A DNA stretch of 64,000 bases from Haplodiscus bocki (taxonomy: Eukaryota), in NCBI GenBank assembly GCA_965655095.1, contig OZ296651.1, positions 27,280,001 through 27,344,000 of the forward strand. Reading direction: 5' to 3'. Numbering within the stretch: the first letter of the stretch is position 1; each line of letters starts with the position of its first letter. Below, in pieces: positions 51,440 through 64,000 of this stretch. Position numbers and translations under genes: made by a program. Under the pieces are notes generated by a model. That model saw only the letters and a list, made by a program, of their open reading frames with translations, did not search any database and was not told the DNA's origin.

Positions 51440-52330
51440 TGCAAATCCCAGAACAAATCAGTGAAAACCTTTGATTGACTTGACCATCGAAATACTCCTG
51501 ACGAACAAAATACATCAGATTGATGCCAATATGATTTTTATTACGGGACAACAACCTCTCAATCTTGTATCTTATAATCAATGGCACAAACATAAAGTGG
51601 CACATTTACAGCTTTCTATATCTGGAAGCGTGTTAAGCTGGTTTTCGCAACTCCATGGAAATTACAAAACAGACTGGTCTGTTTTTGTATCTGCATTTAA
51701 AAACATTTTTTTTTCACAGAAAACTGTATATTATGCACAAGTTGAAGCTCAGGACTTAACAAAAAAGGAAACTGAAAACCTACGTCATTATTTCTAAAAA
51801 GTCAACCATTAGTTGAAAAAGCTGGTGTAATGAATCTGCTGCAACTAATACCTTCAAGTGTAACAAACTTTTCAGTGGAGGATTAGCAAAAAAACTGACA
51901 GACTTAGCTCAAAAACGACAAATTAGTCACACATCTACTGTTATTGAATCTTCCATTCCGTTTCCTATCTTGGTTAAGCTTGTTGATTCTGAATATTTTA
52001 CAAATGAAGAAGTTCGTACTCTTGATCCACCACTGGAAACTAATACTGTCAGAACAAAATTGGATTCTAAAAATCTATCTGCTGAAAGTTATGATCCGAA
52101 TCCCGTGATCATGTTTAAAAAAACAACTGTACCGAATAAAAAGAATAAAACCCCTTTTTGGGAGAAACTGTAAATATTGTCACAAATCCAGTCACTCTCG
52201 TTCAAATTGTTTTCGCAAACAACGCCAAAATGAAGAAAGAAAACGGAATTATTATCCTCGATGGAAATCACCTGTGAAATCCATTAATCAATTCTTTAAA
52301 GCAAACCTGAATCAAATTCATCAAAATGGA
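51440..52330 (+). pseudogene. gag: gag with CCHC zinc knuckle
   Basis: FSQKTVYYAQVEAQDLTKKETENLRHY; CKYCHKSSHSRSNC (C-x2-C-x4-H-x4-C) at 52169-52210. Confidence 0.82.
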
Positions 52331-52849
52331 CAACCTTCATCATATCCTATACACTAGCTTTCGCGCAATGGTTTTGATTCGAGAAATCGTTCGAATTCAA
52401 GAAATCGATATTCTCTATATCGATCCTCTTGCTTTAGATCACTTTCAATCTCATGCGATCGACGCAAATTTTCTCGTTTTCGATATTGTTATCGTTATAG
52501 AGCATTCAATTCCAAACGAATTCCATCACCTTCAAGTTACACTGAATTTTATAACAAACGAAGAAACTCTAGATCTCTTTACATTTCTTTTTTCCAAAAA
52601 TAATCGCTATCGTTCGTTTTCTTGATCCAACTCTGGAAACCGAGAGTACTTCAGAAATTATAATTCTTCATTTTGACCTCGGTCAAGACCACATTCTCGA
52701 TTTGCGTGGGCATCCAGAAGATTTGTAAAAATTATACACCCAACTCTTCTGAAAATTATGCCCATTACACTGAGAGCTTCTCAAAGTCGGCAGACAAAGT
52801 TGAAGTTAGCATGGATACCACTGAAATGACACAAGCTATAACTCCAACA

Positions 52850-55730
52850 AAATGAATTTTCAATCTGTATGTTCATTCTCAGAACAAAATTAGTTCACAT
52901 TTACCTTCAAGACTGGAAATCGCTTTTGCATTGGATAGCGATGCATCGATTTCGGTACTGAATATACCAACCCAAAAGATGATCCCCCAAATGTTCAATG
53001 TTTGTAATCATGATCAACATAATATATCAAAAATGCTGACTATTGCAATCCAATCTGAAGTTCCAATTAAACAATATATCTCTGTAACTTGTTTCTCATC
53101 AATAGAAACAAAAGCAAGATTTTTCATGATCCCTTTCGCAGTAGCTGGTAAAAAAAATCCTCGAAACGCCATTCATTGAGAAATACATCCAAAATATCAG
53201 TATCCAAGGTTTTACCTTGAACTTAGAACTTTCCTTCAATGATCACCCCAAAACTGTTTCTTTTACCACACTAATTGGAAAGAATTTCCCTTTCTTTTCG
53301 TTTCTTTATCAAACAATCTCAGAAAACCATGATCACTCAAGCCCAACGCTCTACCAACAATACACTTTGCACTGAAAGGTTCAGAAACTTTTTTTGCCTG
53401 AAACTGAAAATCATGAACCAATTTCTGCTCAAATGTCAAGAACTCATTTCCTATCAAAACTGGAACGATACTTTTTTTAGGGACATTTTATTGAAATCTG
53501 AACTTTCGTACTTAGTATTATTTAAAAAGAATACTAAGCACACGGCTACATTTCCCACTGGAACAATAGGATATTTTGAAATCCCTATTACCACTGTCAA
53601 ACCATCTCATCAAAAAATTAATCATTTAAAAACACTCTTTCATTCGGTAGTTCCTACCTACTATCCTGAAACAACTGAACCAATTAATTTTCATTATCAG
53701 GAGATCCAACAACAAAGAACAATTTTTTTCGAAGTTAATCATAAAGATCTGTATAAAGATCTAATCCATAAAACTATTCTGTAAAGTTCAACCGTCTCAG
53801 AATTTAGCTCCACGAGTATATCAACTTTTACCATAATTTGAAGAAAAGTAACAGTTTCCGAAAAACATTCCTATTCAAAAATCTGATCTCATTGATTCTG
53901 AATTCATTCGACTCTGGAAAGTTCATGTTGAAAAAAACACTCTCATGCTACACATCGTAATGGTCTCGGAAAATTTTTTACTGAAATAAAGAATTAGATT
54001 ATAACCTATTGCTTAACTTCAAACACAGAGACCATCTAAAGTTCTTATTCATTATCGCGACAAATTGAATGTTTTATTGGATGGATTAAGAAAAACTGGA
54101 ATGAAAAAACAATTTGGGTCCCCACCCCATAAAAAACCAAACTAAGGAACCACGCTTCTGAATGCTTTGATTTTCATCAGAAAGAATGATTCTTATAAAA
54201 TTATGTTGGATGCCCGACATCTCAAATCAAAAACTGATCAGTCATTTGAATCTTGGCCACAAGAAATTCAACAACACAGCTTGCTAGAGCAAAAAGAAAA
54301 CATAAATCTACGAATTATCTTATGTATGCATATGCACATGCTACCTTAGATAATAAAACTACCAAGCTAACTGGATTTTCGTCTGGTGATAAACCTTTTG
54401 CTTTCCTCAGAAGACTTTCATGGCTTTAATGGTTTTCCAATTTTTTTCGCACAACAAATGTCACTGTTTTTGAAAGACTTGATTCGTCAAGGATCTGCAC
54501 TGGTTTATATTGATGACATTCTGCTCATTTCAGAGTCTTAACCATATATGTTGCAACTTATCAAAAGAAATCATAAAATTGCTTTAAAAAATCTGAAATT
54601 AGCTACTGAAAAGTCTTTCTTCATTCTTCGTGCTGTAAAAACTCTTCTCTGTCATGAAATTGGTTTTGAAAGAATTAAACCAATTCAATCCAAATTTGCT
54701 GCACGTCATAAAATTCCTTCTCCGACTACAAAATTGAACTGATAAAGATCATTGGCTCAATGAACTTTTTTTCTGAAATATTTGATAAAAATGAAGTTAA
54801 TATGAACTGTATGATTTACTCTATGACAATATTGGATTTCACTGGAAGATTGAACTGAAAACAATCTTTGAACAAAATAAAACTTCTATTACAAAAGATG
54901 TTGTTCTGACACTACCCAATACGAACCATCCTTTCGTTATTAGTTTAGATTCTCCTTTAAATGGTACAGACTGTCCTATTCCAAGTGAATGATAAGGGAA
55001 AACTGGATATTGTTTAATATTTTTCGCTCATTTTCACCACTCATGAAAAAAACTCTGTGCAACATATCTTGATTTAATCGGAATCGTATATTCACTGACA
55101 ATATACGAAGATAACTTTACTGGCCCTGATCATTTCATTAATGTTTCGAAAAATCGTAAGCCAATCCTTAGCTGTTTCACAAAGAACTGAAACCTTTCTC
55201 CAATATTCTACACTGCACAAATGCAATTAACTTAATTTCAGAAACTTCGTAATAATTATACGACCAAAAATCCTTCCATAGCTAATTTGCCGAGCCATTC
55301 TTTTACCCAAAAGAACTGCAACTGAATCAACTAAAACAGAAACAAATACCTCTCTAAACACTGACGCATGATAACCAAAACAAACCTGTACACTATCTGG
55401 TCAAACATGAAACTGTATTTCCTTCACAAAAAGACAATCATCATCGTATTTTAGCTGCTTTCGTAAACGATCATTTCTCCATTCATTATCACTGACAAAG
55501 GAGAAAATATCAAAATTAAAACCACTAAGTTCCTTTTCCGTTGAAGCTGTCAAACCCTTTCAAAGTCAATATAAAAATCCAATCACGAAAAATACTGAAA
55601 CATTTTTACAACAATCTGCAATTTTGAATGATACCGACATCACTGACAACGATGATCTTATTGAAAAAAGTATACCACGACTAACTCGCTGACTAATTCT
55701 CCATCTACCTCTGAAAAGTTTATTGACTCT
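52850..55730 (+). pseudogene. pol: pol: protease, RT, RNase H (no integrase)
   Basis: LDSDASISVLN; MLDARHLKS; LVYIDDILL (~54500); LTLPNTNHPFVISLDS; many stops and frameshifts. Confidence 0.88.
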
Positions 55731-56295
55731 GAAATAGTTCGGCTCATTGCATTAAGTTTGGGGATAGTTCGGCTCATCGTATTAAGACAGAGAGCAATGT
55801 ATTAGATACGCAAAACAGTAGTGTTGCCCGAGTTCGGCAATGTAATAAGATAGATCAAAAGGTTTTGCAACGTTTGAAAATAGCGATTCGGGCCCAATTT
55901 CGTTAATGTGTGACAACATTATTCGCACTCAAGGACGTTGTTTTAACAAAGCGATTGATTTTCGGTAATGTCCGAAGAATGGGAGTAACTTTCAGTAACG
56001 TACTAGTATGGACTTTAGGGTTTTCTAACGTATAAAGTACGGAGTGAGGTTTTTGGCACTCTGAGAATACTTATTTCTCCAAAAAATGGTTTTTCCCAAG
56101 AAAAGTCCTGATATATCTGACGCTGGGCACCAACCGTGCGGATAGCTTATTACGTCTGCGGCTAATTTTTACGACGGCAGATGCTGTTTTGACGTGATGC
56201 AATAGGAAAAGATTGTTTCGTAATATATTAGGACAGGGCATAGTGCAACACAGCTTGCCAGAGCAATTAAAAAACCTAAATCTACGAATGATCTT

Positions 56296-57700
56296 ATGCA
56301 TGCATATGCAAATGCTACCTTAGATGATGAAACTATCAAGCTGACTGGATTTTCGCCTGGTGATAAACCTTTTGCTTTCCTCAGAAGATTTCATGGCCTT
56401 AAAGGTCTTCCAAACTTTTTCACAGAACAAATGTCACTGTTTTTGAAAGACTTGATTCGTCGTGGATCTGCACTGGTTTATATTGATGATATTCTGCTCA
56501 TTTCAGAGTCCTAACCACATATGTTGCAACTTATCAAAAGAAATCAAAAAATTGCTTTAAAAAATATGAAATTAGCTACTGAAATGTCTTTCTTCATTCT
56601 TCGTGCTGTAAAAACTCTTCTTTGTCATGAAAATGTTTTTAAAAGAATTGAACCAATTCAATCCAAATTTGCTGCACGTCATAAAATTACTTGTCGGACT
56701 ACAAAAAAAGGAACTGATAAAGAGCATTGGCTCAATGAACTTTTTTCTGAAATTTTTGATGAAATTCAAGTTAATATGAAGTCTCTGTATGATTTACTCA
56801 ATGACAATATTGGATTTTACTGGAAGATTGAACTGAAAACAATCTTTGAACAAAATAAAACTTCTATTACAAAAGATGTTGTTCTGACACTACCCAATAC
56901 GAACCATCCATTCGTTATTAGTTTAGATTCTCCTTTAAATGGTACAGACTGTCCTATTCCAAGTGAATGATAAGGGAAAACTGGATATTGTTTAATATTT
57001 TTCGCTCATTTTCACCACTCATGAAAAAACCTCTGTGAAACATATCTTGATTTAATCGGAATCGTATATTCACTGACAATATACGAAGATAACTTTACTG
57101 GCCCTGATCATTTCATTAATGTTTCGAAAGATCGTAAGCCAATCCTTAGCTGTTTCACTAAGAACTGAAACCTTTCTCTTATATTCTACACTGCACAAAT
57201 GCAATTAACTTAATTTCAGAAACTTCGTAATAATTATACGACAAAAAATCCTTCCATAGCTAATTTGCCGAGCCATTCTTTTACCCAAAAGAACTGCAAC
57301 TGAATCAACTAAAACAGAAACAAATACCTCTCTAAACACTGACGCATGATAACCAAAACAAACCTGTACACTATCTGGTCAAACATGAAACTGTATTTCC
57401 TTCACAAAAAGACAATCATCATCGTATTTTAGCTGCTTTCGTAAACGATCATTTCTCCATTCATTATCACTGACAAAGGAGAAAATATCAAAATTAAACC
57501 ACTAAGTTCCTTTTCCGTTGAAGCTGTCAAACCCTTTCAAAGTCAATATAAAAATCCAATCACGAAAAATACTGAAACATTTTTACAACAATCTGCAATT
57601 TTGAATGATACCGACATCACTGACAACGATGATCTTATTGAAAAAAGTATACCACGACTAACTCGCTGACTAATTCTCCATCTACCTCTGAAAAGTTTAT
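56296..57700 (+). pseudogene. pol: Duplicated RT-RNase H fragment
   Basis: FHGLKGLPNFFTEQM...LVYIDDILL; LTLPNTNHPFVISLDS. Confidence 0.85.
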
Positions 57701-58272
57701 TGACTCTGAAATAGTTCGGCTCATTGCATTAAGTTTGGGGATAGTTCGGCTCATCGTATTAAGACAGAGAGCAATGTATTAGATACGCAAAACAGTAGTG
57801 TTGCCCGAGTTCGGCAATGTAATAAGATAGATCAAAAGGTTTTGCAACGTTTGAAAATAGCGATTCGGGCCCAATTTCGTTAATGTGTGACAACATTATT
57901 CGCACTCAAGGACGTTGTTTTAACAAAGCGATTGATTTTCGGTAATGTCCGAAGAATGGGAGTAACTTTCAGTAACGTACTAGTATGGACTTTAGGGTTT
58001 TCTAACGTATAAAGTACGGAGTGAGGTTTTTGGCACTCTGAGAATACTTATTTCTCCAAAAAATGGTTTTTCCCAAGAAAAGTCCTGATATATCTGACGC
58101 TGGGCACCAACCGTGCGGATAGCTTATTACGTCTGCGGCTAATTTTTACGACGGCAGATGCTGTTTTGACGTGATGCAATAGGAAAAGATTGTTTCGTAA
58201 TATATTAGGACAGGGCATAGTGCAACACAGCTTGCCAGAGCAATTAAAAAACCTAAATCTACGAATGATCTT

Positions 58273-59695
58273 ATGCATGCATATGCAAATGCTACCTTAG
58301 ATGATGAAACTATCAAGCTGACTGGATTTTCGCCTGGTGATAAACCTTTTGCTTTCCTCAGAAGATTTCATGGCCTTAAAGGTCTTCCAAACTTTTTCAC
58401 AGAACAAATGTCACTGTTTTTGAAAGACTTGATTCGTCGTGGATCTGCACTGGTTTATATTGATGATATTCTGCTCATTTCAGAGTCCTAACCACATATG
58501 TTGCAACTTATCAAAAGAAATCAAAAAATTGCTTTAAAAAATATGAAATTAGCTACTGAAATGTCTTTTTTCATTCTTCGTGCTGTAAAAACTCTTCTCT
58601 GTCATGAAATTGTTTTTAAAAGAATTGAACCAATTCAATCCAAATTTGCTGCACGTCATAAAATTACTTCTCGGACTACAAAAAAAGGAACTGATAAAGA
58701 GCATTGGCTCAATGAACTTTTTTTCTGAAATTTTTGATGAAATTCAAGTTAATATGAAATCTCTGTTTGATTTACTCAATGACAAAATTGGGTTTCACTG
58801 GAAGATTGAACTGAAAACAATCTTTGAACAAAATAAAACTTCTATTACAAAAGATGTTGTTCTGACACTACCCAATACGAACCATCCATTCGTTATTAGT
58901 TTAGATTCTCCTTTAAATGGTACAGACTGTCCTATTCCAAGTGAATGATGAGGGAAAACTGGATATTGTTTAATATTTTTCGCTCATTTTCACCACTCAT
59001 GAAAAAAACTCTGTGCAACATATCTTGATTTAATCGGAATCGGATATTCATTGACAATATACGAAGATAACTTTACTGGCCCTGATCATTTCATTAATGT
59101 TTCGAAAGATCGTAAGCCAATCCTTAGCTGTTTCACAAAGCTGAAACCTTTCTCCAATATTCTACACTGCACAAATGCAATTAACTTAAATCCAGAAACT
59201 TCGTAATAATTATACGACAAGAAAACCCTTCCATAGCTAATTTGCCAAACTATTCTCTTACCCAAAAAGAACTGCAACTGAATCAACCAAAACAGAAACA
59301 AATACCTCTCTAAACTCAATTTGCAACACTGACACGTGATAACCAAAATAAACCTGTACACAATCTGGTCAAACATGAAACTGTATTTCCTTCACACAAA
59401 AGCGATCGTCATCGTATTTTAGCTGCTTTCGTAAACGATCATTTTTCCATTCATTATCACTGACAAAGGAGAAAATATCAAAATTAAACCACTAAGTTCA
59501 TTTTCCGTTGAAGCTGTCAAACCCTTTCAAAGTCAATAACAAACCCAATCACGAAAAATACTGAAACATTTTTACAACAATCTGCAATTTTGAATGATAC
59601 CGACATCACTGATAACGATGATCATATTGAGAAAAGTATACCACGACTAACTCGCTGACTAATTCTCCATCTACCTCTGAAAAGTTTATTGACTC
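58273..59695 (+). pseudogene. pol: Duplicated RT-RNase H fragment
   Basis: Same motifs as the 56296 copy. Confidence 0.85.
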
Positions 59696-60194
59696 TGAAA
59701 TAGTTCGGCTCATTGCATTAAGTTTGGGGATAGTTCGGCTCATCGTATTAAGACAGAGAGCAATGTATTAGATACGCAAAACAGTAGTGTTGCCCGAGTT
59801 CGGCAATGTAATAAGATAGATCAAAGGATTTTGCAACGTTTGAAAGTAGCGATTCGGGCCCAATTTCGTTACTGTGTGACAACCTTATTTGCACTCAAGG
59901 ACGTTGTTTTAACAAAGCGATTGATTTTCGGTAATGTCCGAAGAATGGGAGTGACTTTCAGTAACGGACTAGTATAGACTTTAGGGTTTTCTTACGTATA
60001 AAGGTACGGAGTGGGGTTAAATGATTCGTTTTTGGCACTCTGAGAAGACTTTTTTCTCGAAAAAATGAGCTTTTCCTAAGAAAGTTCCTCATTTACCTGA
60101 CGCTGGCCACCAACCGTGCGGATAGTTTGTTACGTCGGCGATTAATTTTTACGACTGCAGATACTGTTTTGACCTGATGTCATGGGAAAGGTCT

Positions 60195-60345
60195 TTTGGT
60201 AAGATATTAAGATAGGGCAAAGTGCGGTAATGTCTTTAGATGAGGTTTAGATCGGCAATGTACTAAGATAGGGAAAAGTCCGGTAATGTATTAAGATAGG
60301 GTGTACTTCGGCAATGTATTAAGTTGGGGTCTATCTCAGTAATTC
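60195..60345 (+). repeat. ~28-bp minisatellite (TTCGGCAATGTATTAAGATAGGG-like)
   Basis: About five degenerate units; related units at 55733-55855, 57710-57832 and 59700-59822. Confidence 0.65.
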
Positions 60346-61799
60346 TTGCGGACTAATAACATACCAGAAATATTTGAAACAAAAGTAGAGATTGTTGACG
60401 AAAATGTTGACGAAAATATGTAGCAAGTGTTACACATCACAATTTACCATTTATGAAAAGACCATTAAAGGAAAAACCTGCAATGAAAGGAAATGACTGG
60501 CATTAAAGTAGCTGTCAATCATTTTTCTTCACACTTGCGGATACTGTTTGGTCTTAAAGCTATTTGAAAAAAAAACTGATTCGAAGTTCGAAAAGTCAAT
60601 CAGAGTAAAAGTGTTAACAAAAACGTTGTGTACAAAAAAAGCCTGCACATATATTTTGGATAATTTATCACGCCTGCGCTTATATTTCACGCCTGCAGAT
60701 ACTCAAATGTTATGCTGTTACATGTGTGCAACGTATTACCATTAGATTGTGTTAAAAAGTCCGGGTTTGAGTATTGTTTCTGGTCAGCGCGATTTTTGAG
60801 AGACAAGAAAGAACGTCTCATAACGTAAGAAAATGGGTGTATGTACAGCAATAGAGTTAAATAGATAATGTTGTGTACTGCAACATTTTACGTTCAATCA
60901 AAGTTTCATTCCTTTGAGTAAAAAAACCATGCTCACCTTAGCAACTCTTGTTCCGATGTTTATCATCATCAATTGTGAACCTTATACTCGCAGAAAGCAA
61001 TGAAAACATTTCATGCTAAATGAAAACTGATGGTATATCGTGAATAAAATATCTTTAATAATCAAAAATACTTTTATGAGTGTTACAGACCTCAACTTTA
61101 CAGTCACACTTGTATGCCACGTAATTCACACTTTTTTTCTGAAATGCTTAATGTTTTTGAAGATTATTACCTCTCTAACAAGTCTGATTAAGTATCCGCT
61201 TGAACTCTTTCTAGTTGCATGTGATTGGAAAACTACGAAAACATAGTTTTGCGTTACAGCATGACGCTTAAGCAGTACTTTTACGGCGTGGAGTCAATCA
61301 AATAACAAAAAGAAATCGTTGGAATGCAGAGCGACGTAGTCTGCATGACGGTAAAATAGCACAAAAACTTCGTGGAAGCTGTTAGATAAAGTGTGTTTTT
61401 GGGCTTTTTCTGGTTTTATCTGCCAAAATCATGGAGTTTGAGGACAGGAAAACATACACAACATTTCAGATAGGATTCTTAGGATGAAAATAAAAGAGCT
61501 TGAAGCCATATTAACCAACTTTCTACTTCGGTAGCGTTATGCTCATGACTAAATGATGAGTTCATGTGTCTTACGGCAGGTCTTAATTTGTATGCCAAAT
61601 AAAGCCGACAGTACAGGCCGGAAGGTAGAAGAATAGTTTAGGCGACCGGCTTGACACGCTAATATCTGACGTTTTCGTATAAAATCGGCTCGGATCGCAA
61701 CTCCTAACACACTGACGGACTTATTCACTCCGTTTCGACCGAAAAACTAACCCTACTTCATTTCAATGACTCGTGCACCCAAATTCATACCATACGTTT

Positions 61800-62075
61800 T
61801 TACATCGGTGAAGTATACCCTGTTTTATTACATTGGTGGGTAGTGTACGCTTTTATATTACTTTGCTCCGGTGCTCAAGTAAAGCCTGCTTCTATACATT
61901 GTTGAGCTATACCCAATCCTGTCACATTGTTGAGGTATACCCAACATTAATACAATGCTGATGTTTACTCTAACTCATTACAATGCTGCTTTTTACCCAA
62001 TCCCAACACATTGCTGAGGTTAACCCTACCTTCTTATATTGCTGAGCTATACCATGTCTTAGTACTTTGTCGAGC
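61800..62075 (-). repeat. ~28-bp minisatellite, inverted relative to 60195-60345
   Basis: Units such as ACATTGTTGAGCTATACCCAATCCTGTC resemble the reverse complement of GGGTGTACTTCGGCAATGT. Confidence 0.55.
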
Positions 62076-62629
62076 TTTAGCCTTTTTTAGTATACTGCTG
62101 TCCGTTTTCGCAAAACATTGTCGGCAGGCAATCAGAATTGAGTATTACGTCACACAAAAGTACAATCGAAAGATGACCCTATCTGAAATATAAACAGACA
62201 ACCTAACACCTACATGTACTTCTGGGCACGAATTTAGGACCATTACCATGAAAAAAATCCTGTAGGCCAATCGTATTGCAACAGTTTCACGAGTATCAAG
62301 TATGTAAAATTGTTCCATAAGTGGTTGGAAGCAAGAAACGATCAACTAACAGCGAGAAAAGCGTGGAGTGACTACATCTTTGATTGTTAATTGAATAAAT
62401 TGCACCCAACTTGTGACAGGAAACCACATCCGTAAATAAATATCAACCCTACAGACTTGAACCAGATAAATGGGATGTAGTACAATATGTAATCTTAACG
62501 GTCACAGTAGCAGATTCCGGACACTCAATAGAAGCTACAAAGATTACTAGGGTAGATAGCTACGGTGAAAATTGCTTGAGGGGTGCTTGGTAATTTGTTA
62601 ATTGCAAGAGAATAATTTCCAGCTTTCAG

Positions 62630-62719
62630 GTGTTCATTGTTGAAAATCATCTGACTGTTGTCAACAAAATTGAAGTTAAGTTTCAACAGTCAATTGGAAA
62701 ACCAGAGAAGAAAGGAGAG
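62630..62719 (+). other. Candidate 90-nt internal coding exon
   Basis: tttccagctttcAG acceptor, open frame VFIVENHLTVVNKIEVKFQQSIGKPEKKGE, GAG|GTAAGT donor. Confidence 0.35.
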
Positions 62720-63149
62720 GTAAGTCTGGGAAGTTGATGAGAAACTGGGAAACCGAGTAAAAAGAAGAGTCCCGGTTGAACACCTCTTCTAATGCCGTCG
62801 AAAAATACTTCTGGTAGTTTGTCTTCCTCATTTTTCACAATTAATTTTTTTGTTGCGTTAGAGGGAAGAAGTCTTAGTACTAACAGTATAACGGAAGTTT
62901 CTGAAGTGAGTGTAAAGTTTGTAGCAACTTGACTGAAGCAAGGAAGAAGAAAAAATCGCAAAAAATTGCAGCATGTGTTACCCATTACTTCATACCATTT
63001 ATGTAAAAAACATAGAAGGAAGGACCAACTTTAAAAGGAAAAACCAAGCATAGAAGCAACTGTCAATCAATTTCTGTCATTCTTAAAACCGACAATAAAG
63101 ATCCAAAACTAGTCAAATGGATGACAGAGCTTTTCTGTGAAAACAACTG

Positions 63150-63186
63150 AAATGGAACAAGTTCCATTTTTTTGGTGACACCCTGT
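63150..63186 (-). mobile_element. Possible Tc1/mariner-type TIR remnant
   Basis: Reverse complement reads CAGGGTGTCACCAAAAAAATGGAAC; adjacent AAATGGAAC-AA-GTTCCATTT palindrome. Confidence 0.25.
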
Positions 63187-64000
63187 CTGGGAAAATTAAA
63201 ATTGCGGAATATCATCGCCAGACAGCGTGTCTGAGAAAGTCACTTTACTGGAACAAAGTCCACTGATAGGCGACAGGTTTTCTAGGGAGTATACTCTGAA
63301 CAAATTGTTGAAAGACAAAATGAAGTTAAGACTTTTTCCAAGTCCGCGAAAACAGGAAATACCTCCCTTATGTGGAAATCGTTATAGCTCTGAGCAAAAA
63401 AAGAAAGTTTGTCCATATAAAATAGGTCTGAATCTGCAAAAATCTCATAAAAACAGGAACTTCTTACACTGAAAAACCATCCTTCAAAAATCGTTCACAA
63501 CAACAACAGCAACTTGCTTCTTCCAGCTACCAACGTACCCAACCACTGGGGAAACTTCTCACTAATACCTGATTATGATCAGAATTCAGTAGGTAATTCT
63601 GTGGAAATTGAAGAATTTCTTCCTTTTGAATGAAGCGATGTACCAGTGTGATAAAACCCTAGACTCTTTTTATGATCCTACAAGGCTTAAAATTCTTTCT
63701 ATGTTACGCCCGTAAGCTGACATTATATCAAATTGTGGCCAAATTTTCGAGGAAACGGTAATTTTCGACAACCTTGTGTCTTTCATTGATGAAGAGAACA
63801 TCCAAAACTATGTAGAATTTGATTGTGGTAGTACTTTCTACCCGGAATCTTGTACAGAAGTTGGAGAGGTCAATCGAGAACGGAGAAACAATTCCAGATC
63901 CTGTAAGGAACCCAATTGCATCACAAGTGGTGATTAACGTAAGTAATCTATTGAAGAGGAGCATATCTGTAATATCTATATTATCCCGAACAATTTATGA

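Larger units (their letters stand above)
49673..55730 (+). mobile_element. 3'-truncated family B element (5' LTR, PBS, leader, gag, PR, RT, RNase H)
   Basis: LTR 49673-~49941, PBS-like 49945-49962, leader homologous to the reverse complement of 42900-43970; ends before the integrase. Confidence 0.88.
54272..60225 (+). repeat. Three tandem ~1977-bp units of an RT-RNaseH fragment plus unrelated flank
   Basis: Units start at CAACACAGCTTG at 54272, 56246 and 58223; identical ORFs at 56071/58048 and 56296/58273 (offset 1977). Confidence 0.93.

Noticed and set aside
54000-59700. Retron, DGR or group II intron RT system beside a repeat array
   Set aside because: The RT is embedded in gag-PR-RT-RH order behind an LTR and PBS, so it is a Ty3/gypsy pol.
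62683-62985. 100-aa ORF starting MGNTCC (acylation-like motif)
   Set aside because: No other support; it overlaps the better-signalled plus-strand exon candidate and the motif can arise by chance.
1-64000. tRNA or rRNA genes
   Set aside because: No cloverleaf or rRNA-like conserved sequence recognised; only PBS-like tRNA complements.

Overview
AT-rich eukaryotic (probably animal) repeat-dense DNA with no intact conventional gene, rRNA or tRNA that I can support. From left to right: (1) a short promoter/LTR-like stretch; (2) a decayed Polinton/Maverick (adintovirus-like) element on the minus strand (~1.05-8.4 kb) with protease, major and minor capsid, core protein, integrase and packaging ATPase but no visible polB; (3) the 3' part of a Ty3/gypsy element with an intact GC-rich antisense ORF (8.7-11.0 kb); (4) a degenerate ~127-bp satellite with higher-order structure (11.0-18.2 kb and 44.3-49.7 kb); (5) a ~26-kb minus-strand Ty3/gypsy element (LTRs 18217-18512 and 43993-44287) with triplicated gag-protease, pol and a decayed envelope gene resembling chuvirus-like glycoproteins; (6) three solo LTRs plus the 5' LTR of a second, plus-strand copy of that family, all at the same phase of the satellite at ~1.2-kb spacing; (7) that truncated copy, whose RT-RNaseH part is triplicated in ~1977-bp units; (8) ~4 kb of unassigned sequence with 28-bp minisatellites and one possible exon. 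The best leads are the envelope-bearing giant gypsy family and its phase-locked association with the satellite. All family assignments come from manual translation and motif recognition; no database search was run and coordinates of decayed genes are approximate.
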